Assembly (NCBI RefSeq): GCF_009914755.1
Contig: NC_060945.1
Direction: 5' to 3' (one strand)
Origin: the human T2T-CHM13v2.0 reference genome, Homo sapiens
Length of the DNA stretch: 64,000 bases
This document shows, piece by piece, positions 55,901-64,000 of this stretch. Within the stretch, counting starts at the first letter, position 1; each line of letters opens with the position of its first letter. The notes under the pieces are model-generated. The model had not been told where the DNA came from. It did not search any database and was given only the letters and a program-made list of their open reading frames with translations. The translations under genes and the position numbers were made by a program.

Positions 55901-58900
55901 TAGGATCTGCCTAAATTAACTTTGTGACATAACCCTGTACTGATCATCCAGGTGATGGGGCTTTTGTCTAGGCTCTGCCTTAAGGGGGCATTGTGACATA
56001 TTTCTGCATTGATCACCCAGGTGGCGAACTCTTCTCTTGGATCTGCCTATGGGGGCATTGTGACAAACCTCTGCACTGATCACCCAGGTGATGTAACTGT
56101 TGTGTAACCTCTGCCTACAGGGGAATTGGGAGAGATCTCGCCACTGATCACCCAAGTGATGTAACCATTGTCTAGGCTTTGCTTACAATGGGCTTTGTGA
56201 CATACCTTTGCACTGATCACCCAGGTGATGTAACACATCTATGTTCGACCTAAAGGAGCTTTGTGACATATCTCTGCACTGATCACTTAGGTGATGGAAC
56301 ACTTTTATAAGCACTGCCTACAGGGAATTTTGACAAATCTCTGCACTGATCACCTAGGTGATGTAACGCTTGTCTACCCTCTGTCCAACGGGGCATTGTG
56401 AAATATCTCTGCACTGATCACCCAGGTGATTCAACTCTTGACTAGTATCTGCCTACAGAGGTTATTGTGAAATATCTCTGCACTGATAAACTAGGTGGTG
56501 TAATCCTTATCGAAGCTCTGCCTACAGGGGCGTTTTCACATATCCCTGAAGTGATGACAAAGGTGATGTAACCCTTGCCTAGGCTTTGCCTACAGGGGAT
56601 ATAAGACATATATCTGCACTGATCACCCAGGTGATGCAACTCTAGCCTAGGCTTTGCCTACAGGGGACATTGTGACATATCGCTTCAATGATCACCCATG
56701 TGATGCAACTCTTGCCTAGGCTTTGCCTACAGGGGACATTGTGACATAAATCTGCACTGATCTCCCAGGTGCTGTAACATTAGTCTAGACTCTGGCTACA
56801 CGGCATTGTGACATATCACTGCACTGATCAACCAGGTGATATAACTCTTGTCTAGGCCCTGCCTACAGGGGGCTTGTGACATATCTCTGCACTGATCACC
56901 CAGGTGATATAACTCTTCTCTAGGATCTGCCTACAGGGTGCTTTGCGACATATCCCTACAATGATCACCCAGGTGATCTAACTCTTGTTTAAGCTCTGCC
57001 TAAAGGGGCATTGTGACAGACCTCTGCACTGATCACTCAGGTGATGTAACTATTGTCTAGGCTCTGCTTAAAGGGGCCTTGTCACATACCTCTGCACTGA
57101 TCACCCAGGTGATGTAACTATTGTCTAGACTCTGTTTCACGGCATATTGTGACATATCTATGCGCTGATCACCTTAGTGATGTAACACTTGTGTAGGCTC
57201 GGCCTACAGGGGAATATTGACATATCTCTGCACTGTTAACCGAGGTGATTTAACTCTTGTCTAGGCTGTGCCCACAGGGGGATTGAGACATGTCTCTGCA
57301 CTGATCCCGAGGTGATCCAACTGTTGCCTGGTCTCTGCCTACTGGGGACATTGTGACATATCTCTGCACTGATCTCCCAGGTGCTGTAACTTTAGTCTAG
57401 GCTCTGGCTACACGGCATTGTGACATATCACTGCACTGATCACCCAGGTGATATAAATGTTGTCTAGGCTCTGCCTACAATGGCCTTGTGACATATCTCT
57501 GCACTGATCACCCAGGTGATATAACTCTTCTCTAGGATCTGACCACAGGGTGCTTTGTGGCATTTCCCTGCAATGATCACCCAGGTGATATACCACTTGC
57601 CAAGGCTCTGCCTACAGGGGCATTGCAATGTATCTCTGCACTGATCACCTCGGTCTTGTAACTCTTTTCTAGGATCTGCCCACAGGGTGCCTTGTGACGT
57701 ATCCCAGCAAGGATTACCCAGGTGATGTACCTCTCATCAAGGCTCTGCCTACAGGCACATTGCGATGTATCTCTGCACTGATCACCTAGGTCATGTAACT
57801 TTTGTCTAGGCTCTGCCTACGATGGCATTGTGACATATCTCTGCACTAATCATCCAAGTGATGTAACCCTTGTCTAGGATCTGCCTAAATTAACGATGCG
57901 ACATAAACCTGTACTGATCATCCAGGTGATGGGGCTTTTGTCTAGGCTCTGCCTAAGGGGGCATTGTGACATATTTCTGCATTGATCACCCAGGTGGCAA
58001 ACTCTTCTCTTGGATCTGCCTATGGTGGCATTGTGACAAATCTCTGCACTGATCACCCAGGTGATGTAACTGTTGTGTAACCTCTGCCTACAGGGGAATT
58101 GTGAGAGATCTCACCACTGATCACCCAAGTGATGTAACCATTGTCTAGGCTTTGCGTACAGGGGGCTTTGTGACATACCTTTGCACTGATCACCCAGGTG
58201 ATGTAACACATCTAAGTTCGGCCTAAAGGAGCTTTGTGACATACCTCTGCACTGATCACTTAGGTGATGGAACACTTTTATAAGCACTGCCTACAGGGAA
58301 TTTTGACAAATCTCTGCACTGATCACCTAGGTGATGTAACGCTTGTCTACCCTCTGTCCAACGGGGCATTGTGAAATATCTCTACATTGATCACCCAGGT
58401 GATTCAACTCTTGACTAGGATCTGCCTACAGAGGTTATTGTGAAATATCTCTGCACTGATAAACTAGGTGGTGTAATCCTTATCGAAGCTCTGCCTACAG
58501 GGGCGTTTTCACATATCCCTGAAGTGATGACAAAGGTGATGTAACCCTTGCCTAGGCTTTGTCTACAGGGGACATAGAACATATATCTGCACTGATCACC
58601 CAGGTGATGCAACTCTAGCCTAGGCTTTGCCTACAGGGGACATTGTGACATATCGCTTCAATGATCACCCATGTGATGCAACTCTTGCCTAGGCTTTGCC
58701 TACAGGGGACATTGTGACATATCTCTGCACTGATCTCCCAGGTGCTGTAACATTAGTCTAGGCTCTGGCTACACGGCATTGTGACATATCACTGCACTGA
58801 TCAACCAGGTGATATAACTCTTGTCTAGGCCCTGCCTACAGGGGGCTTGTGACATATCTCTGCACTGATCACCCAGGTGATATAACTCTTCTCTAGGATC

Positions 58901-61900
58901 TGCCTACAGGGTGCTTTGCGACATATCCCTGCAATGATCACCCAGGTGATCTAACTCTTGTTTAAGCTCTGCCTAAGGGGGCATTGTGACAGACCTCTGC
59001 ACTGATCACTCAGGTGATGTAACTATTGTCTAGGCTCTGCTTAAAGGGGCCTTGTCACATACCTCTGTACTGATCACCCAGGTGATGTAACTCTTGTCTA
59101 GCCTCTGCTTTCACGGCATATTGTGACATATCTATGCGCTGATCACCTTAGTGATGTAACACTTGTGTAGGCTCGGCCTACAGGGGAATATTGACATATC
59201 TCTGCACTGTTAACCGAGGTGATTTAACTCTTGTCTAGGCTGTGCCCACAGGGGAATTGAGACATGTCTCTGCACTGATCCCGAGGTGATCCAACTGTTG
59301 CCTGGTCTCTGCCTCCTGGGGACATTGTGACATATCTCTGCACTGATCTCCCAGGTGCTGTAAATTTAGTCTAGGCTCTGGCTACACGGCTTTGTGAGAT
59401 ATCACTGCACTGATCACCCAGGTGATATAAACGTTGTCTAGGCTCTGCCTACAATGGCCTTGTGACATATCTCTGCACTGATCACCCAGGTGATATAACT
59501 CTTCTCTAGGATCTGACCACAGGGTGCTTTGTGGCATTTCCCTGCAATGATCACCCAGGTGAAATACCACTTGCCAAGGCTCTGCCTACAGGGGCATTGC
59601 AATATATCTCTGCACTGATCACCTCGGTCTTGCAACTCTTTTCTAGGATCTGCCCACAGGGTGCCTTGTGACGTATCCCAGCAAGGATTACCCAGGTGAT
59701 GTACCTCTCATCAAGGCTCTGCCTACAGGCACATTGCGATGTATCTCTGCACTGATCACCTAGGTCATGTAACTTTTGTCTAGGCTCTGCCTACGATGGC
59801 ATTGTGACATATCTCTGCACTAATCATCCAAGTGATGTAACCCTTGTCTAGGATCTGCCTAAATTAACTTTGTGACATAACCCTGTACTGATCATCCAGG
59901 TGATGGGGCTTTTGTCTAGGCTCTGCCTAAGGGGGCATTGTGACATATTTCTGCATTGATCACCCAGGTGGCGAACTCTTCTCTTGGATCTGCCTATGGG
60001 GGCATTGTGACAAATCTCTGCACTGATAACCCAGGTGATGTAACGGTTGTGTGACCTCTGCCTACAGGGGAATTGTGAGAGATTTCGCCACTGATCACCC
60101 AAGTGATGAAACCATTGTCTAGGCTTTGCGTACAGGGGGCTTTGTGACATACCTTTGCACTGATCACCCAGGTGATGTAACACATCTAAGTTCGGCCTAA
60201 AGGAGCTTTGTGACATATCTCTGCACTGATCACTTAGGTGATGGAACACTTTTATAAGCACTGCCTACAGGGAATTTTGACAAATCTCTGCACTGATCAC
60301 CTAGGTGATGTAACGCTTGTCTACCCTCTGTCCAACGGGGCATTGTGAAATATCTGTGCACAGATCACCCAGGTGATTCAACTCTTGACTAGGATCTGCC
60401 TACAGAGGTTATTGTGAAATATCTCGGCACTGATAAACTAGGTGGTGTAATCCTTATCGAAGCTCTGCCTACAGGGGCGTTTTCACATATCCCTGAAGTG
60501 ATGACAAAGGTGATGTAACTCTTGCCTAGGCTTTGCCTACAGGGGACATAGGACATATATCTGCACTGATCACCCAGGTGATGCAACTGTAGCCTAGGCT
60601 TTGCCTACAGGGGACATTGTGACATATCGCTTCAATGATCACCCATGTGATGCAACTCTTGCCTAGGCTTTGCCTACAGGGGACATTGTGACATATCTCA
60701 GCACTGATGTCCCAGGTGCTGTAACATTAGTCTAGACTCTGGCTACACGGCATTGTGACATATCACTGCACTGATCAACCAGGTGATATAACTCTTGTCT
60801 AGGCTCTGCCTACAGGGGGCTTGTGACATATCCCTGCAATGATCACCCAGGTGATCTAACTCTTGTTTAAGCTCTGCCTAAAGGGGCATTGTGACAGACC
60901 TCTGCACTGATCACTCAGGTGATGTAACTATTGTCTAGACTCTGCTTAAAGGGGCCTTGTCACATACCTCTGCACTGATCACCCAGGTGATGTAACTCTT
61001 GTCTAGACTCTGTTTCACGGCATATTGTGACATATCTATGCGCTGATCACCTTAGTGATGTAACACTTGTGTAGGCTCGGCCTACAGGGGAATATTGACA
61101 TATCTCTGCACTGTTAACCGAGGTGATTTAACTCTTGTCTAGGCTGTGCCCACAGGGGGATTGAGACATGTCTCTGCACTGATCCCGAGGTGATCCAACT
61201 GTTGCCTGGTCTCTGCCTACTGGGGACATTGTGACATATCTCTGCACTGATCTCCCAGGTGCTGTAACTTTAGTCTAGGCTCTGGCTACACGGCATTGTG
61301 ACATATCACTGCACTGATCACCCAGGTGATATAAATCTTGTCTAGGCTCTGCCTACAATGGCCTTGTGACATATCTCTGCACTGATCACCCAGGTGATAT
61401 AACTATTCTCTAGGATCTGACCACAGGGTGCTTTGTGGCATTTCCCTGCAATGATCACCCAGGTGATATACCACTTGCCAAGGCTCTGCCTACAGGGGCA
61501 TTGCAATGTATCTCTGCACTGATCACCTCGGTCTTGTAACTCTTTTCTAGGATCTGCCCACAGGGTGCCTTGTGACGTATCCCAGCAAGGATTACCCAGG
61601 TGATGTACCTCTCATCAAGGCTCTGCCTACAGGCACATTGCGATGTATCTCTGCTCTGATCACCTAAGTCATGTAACTTTTGTCTAGGCTCTGCCTACGA
61701 TGGCATTGTGACAAATCTCTGCACTAATCATCCAAGTGATGTAACACTTGTCTAGGATCTGCCTAAAGTAACTTTGTGACATAACCCTGTACTGATCATC
61801 CAGGTGATGCGGCTTTTGTCTAGGCTCTGCCTAAGGGGGCATTGTGACATATTTCTGCATTGATCACCCAGGTGGCGAACTCTTCTCTTGGATCTGCCTA

Positions 61901-64000
61901 TGGGGGCATTGTGACAAATCTCTGCACTGATCACCCAGGTGATGTAACTGTTGTGTAACCTCTGCCTACAGGGGAATTGTGTGAGATCTCGCCACTGATC
62001 ACCCAAGTGATGTAACCATTGTCTAGGCTTTGCGTAAAGGGGGCTTTGTGACATACCTTTGCACTGATCACCCAGGTGATGTAACACATCTAAGTTCGGC
62101 CTAAAGGAGCTTTGTGACATATCTCTGCACTGATCACTTAGGTGATGGAACACTTTTATAAGCACTGCCTACAGGGAATTTTGACAAATCTCTGCACTGA
62201 TCACCTAGGTGATGTAACGCTTGTCTACCCTCTGTCCAACGGGGCATTGTGAAATATCTCTGCACTGATCACCCAGGTGATTCAACTATTGACTAGGATC
62301 TGCCTACAGAGGTTATTGTGAAATATCTCTGCACTGATAAACTAGGTGGTGTAATCCTTATCGAAGCTCTGCCTGCAGGGGCGTTTTCACATATCCCTGA
62401 ATTGATGACAAAGGTGATGTAACCCTTGCCTAGGCTTTGCCTACAGGGGACATAGGACATATATCTGCACTGATCACCCAGGTGATGCAACTCTAGCCTA
62501 GGCTTTGCCTACAGGGGACATTGTGACATATCTCTGCACTGATCTCCCAGGTGCTGTAACATTAGTCTAGACTCTGGCTACACGGCATTGTGACATATCA
62601 CTGCACTGATCAACCAGGTGATATAACTCTTGTCTAGGCCCTGACTACAGGGGGCTTGTGACATATCTCTGCACTGATCACCCAGGTGATATAACTCTTC
62701 TCTAGGGTCTGCCTACAGGGTGCTTTGCGACATATCCCTGCAATGATCACCCAGGTGATCTAACTCTTGTTTAAGCTCTGCCTAAAGGGGCATTGTGACA
62801 GACCTCTGCACTGATCACTCAGGTGATGTAACTATTGTCTAGGCTCTGCTTAAAGGGGCCTTGTCACATACCTCTGCACTGATAACCCAGGTGATGTAAC
62901 TCTTGTCTAGCCTCTGCTTTCACGGCATATTGTGACATATCTATGCGCTGATCACCTTAGTGATGTAACACTTGTGTAGGCTCGGCCTACAGGGGAATAT
63001 TGACATATCTCTGCACTGTTAACCGAGGTGATTTAACTCTTGTCTAGGCTGTGCCCACAGGGGGTTTGAGACATGTCTCTGCACTGATCCCGAGGTGATC
63101 CAACTGTTGCCTGGTCTCTGCCTACTGGGGACATTGTGACATATCTCTGCACTGATCTCCCAGGTGCTGTAATTTTAGTCTAGGCTCTGGCTACACGGCA
63201 TTGTGACATATCACTGCACTGATCACCCAGGTGATATAAATCTTGTCTAGGCTCTGCCTACAATGACCTTGTGACATATCTCTGCACTGATCACCCAGGT
63301 GATATAACTCTTCTCTAGGATCTGACCACAGGGTGCTTTGTGGCATTTCCCTGCAATGATCACCGAGGTGATATACCACTTGTCAGGGCTCTGCCTACAG
63401 GGGCATTGCAACGTATCTCTGCACTGATCACCTCGGTCTTGTAACTCTTTTCTAGGATCTGCCCACAGGGTGCCTTGTGACGTATCCCAGCAAGGATTAC
63501 CCAGGTGATGTACCTCTCATCAAGGCTCTGCCTACAGGCACATCGCGATGTATCTCTGCACTGATCACCTAGGTCATGTAACTTTTGTCTAGGCTCTGCC
63601 TACGATGGCATTGTGACATATCTCTGCACTAATCATCCAAGTGATGTAACCCTTGTCTAGGATCTGCCTAAATTAACTTTGTGACATAACCCTGTACTGA
63701 TCATCCAGGTGATGGGGCTTTTGTCTAGGCTCTGCCTAAGGGGGCATTGTGACTTATTTCTGCATTGATCACCCAGGTGGCGAACTCTTCTCTTGGATCT
63801 GCCTATGGGGGCATTGTGACAAATCTCTGCACTGATCACCCAGGTGATGTAACTGTTGTGTAACCTCTGCCTACAGGGGAATTGTGAGAGATCTCGCCAC
63901 TGATCACCCAAGTGACGTAACCATTGTCTAGGCTTTGCGTACAGGGGGCTTTGTGACATACCTTTGCACTGATCACCCAGGTGATGTAACACATCTAAGT
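52900..64000 (+). repeat. Duplicated block of at least 11 kb (~5.7 HORs); near-identical to ~25480-36576, offset 27424 bp
   Basis: Constant offset: 26984/54408, 28010/55434, 29018/56442, 30450/57874, 32424/59848, 34328/61752, 35767/63191. Shared rare variants include AACACTTGTCTAAGCCC, TAACGATGCGAC, GCTTACAATGGG and deletion C. Confidence 0.92.

Larger units (their letters stand above)
1..64000 (+). repeat. Beta satellite (68-bp Sau3A / BSR-Beta) tandem array, ~930 monomers, head-to-tail, extends beyond both window edges
   Basis: The motif CTGCACTGATCACCCAGGTGAT...CTAGGCTCTGCCTACAGGGG recurs every 65-69 bp (e.g. ~8, 76, 144, 213, 282, 349, 417, 486, 554, 621) with a GATC site in most monomers. 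It matches my recollection of the human beta-satellite consensus. No unique sequence anywhere. Confidence 0.97.

Noticed and set aside
1-64000. All ORFs lie on the minus strand
   Set aside because: The plus-strand monomer is rich in TGA, TAA and TAG (GTGAC, CTGAT, GTGAT, GTAAC, CTAG) and the minus strand has fewer stops. The bias is compositional, not evidence of coding.
1-64000. CRISPR-like look: conserved, partly palindromic ~35-bp segment alternating with a more variable ~33-bp segment
   Set aside because: The would-be spacers are homologous to each other and recur every HOR, the repeats are degenerate, and there is no leader or cas gene.
1-64000. Alpha satellite or centromere core
   Set aside because: The monomer is 68 bp rather than 171 bp, and I saw no CENP-B box.

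Overview
The whole 64 kb window is one uninterrupted, single-orientation tandem array of a ~68-bp monomer (consensus approx. TTGTGACATATCTCTGCACTGATCACCCAGGTGATGTAACTCTTGTCTAGGCTCTGCCTACAGGGGCA). I recognise it as hominoid, most likely human, beta satellite (68-bp Sau3A family, BSR/Beta). The monomers form a 29-monomer higher-order repeat (HOR) of 1973-1974 bp, about 32.5 copies. Thirteen copies are 28-mers (1902-1907 bp) made by three different one-monomer deletions. A ~2.0 kb beta-satellite HOR matches the type described for human acrocentric short arms, but that location is inferred, not shown. I found no credible protein-coding gene, RNA gene, transposon insertion, inversion or CRISPR array. 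The minus-strand ORFs are by-products of the repeat. I see no new gene system. What is worth following up is the nested architecture: fossil 69/137/612-bp duplications inside the HOR, multi-HOR block duplications at offsets 1973, 3876, 3879, 5852, 7894, 9729, 27424 and 33071 bp, chimeric junctions, two alternating variant domains, and local tracts of clustered variants. All comparisons were made by eye using ORF-track offsets and diagnostic variants, so block boundaries are approximate.
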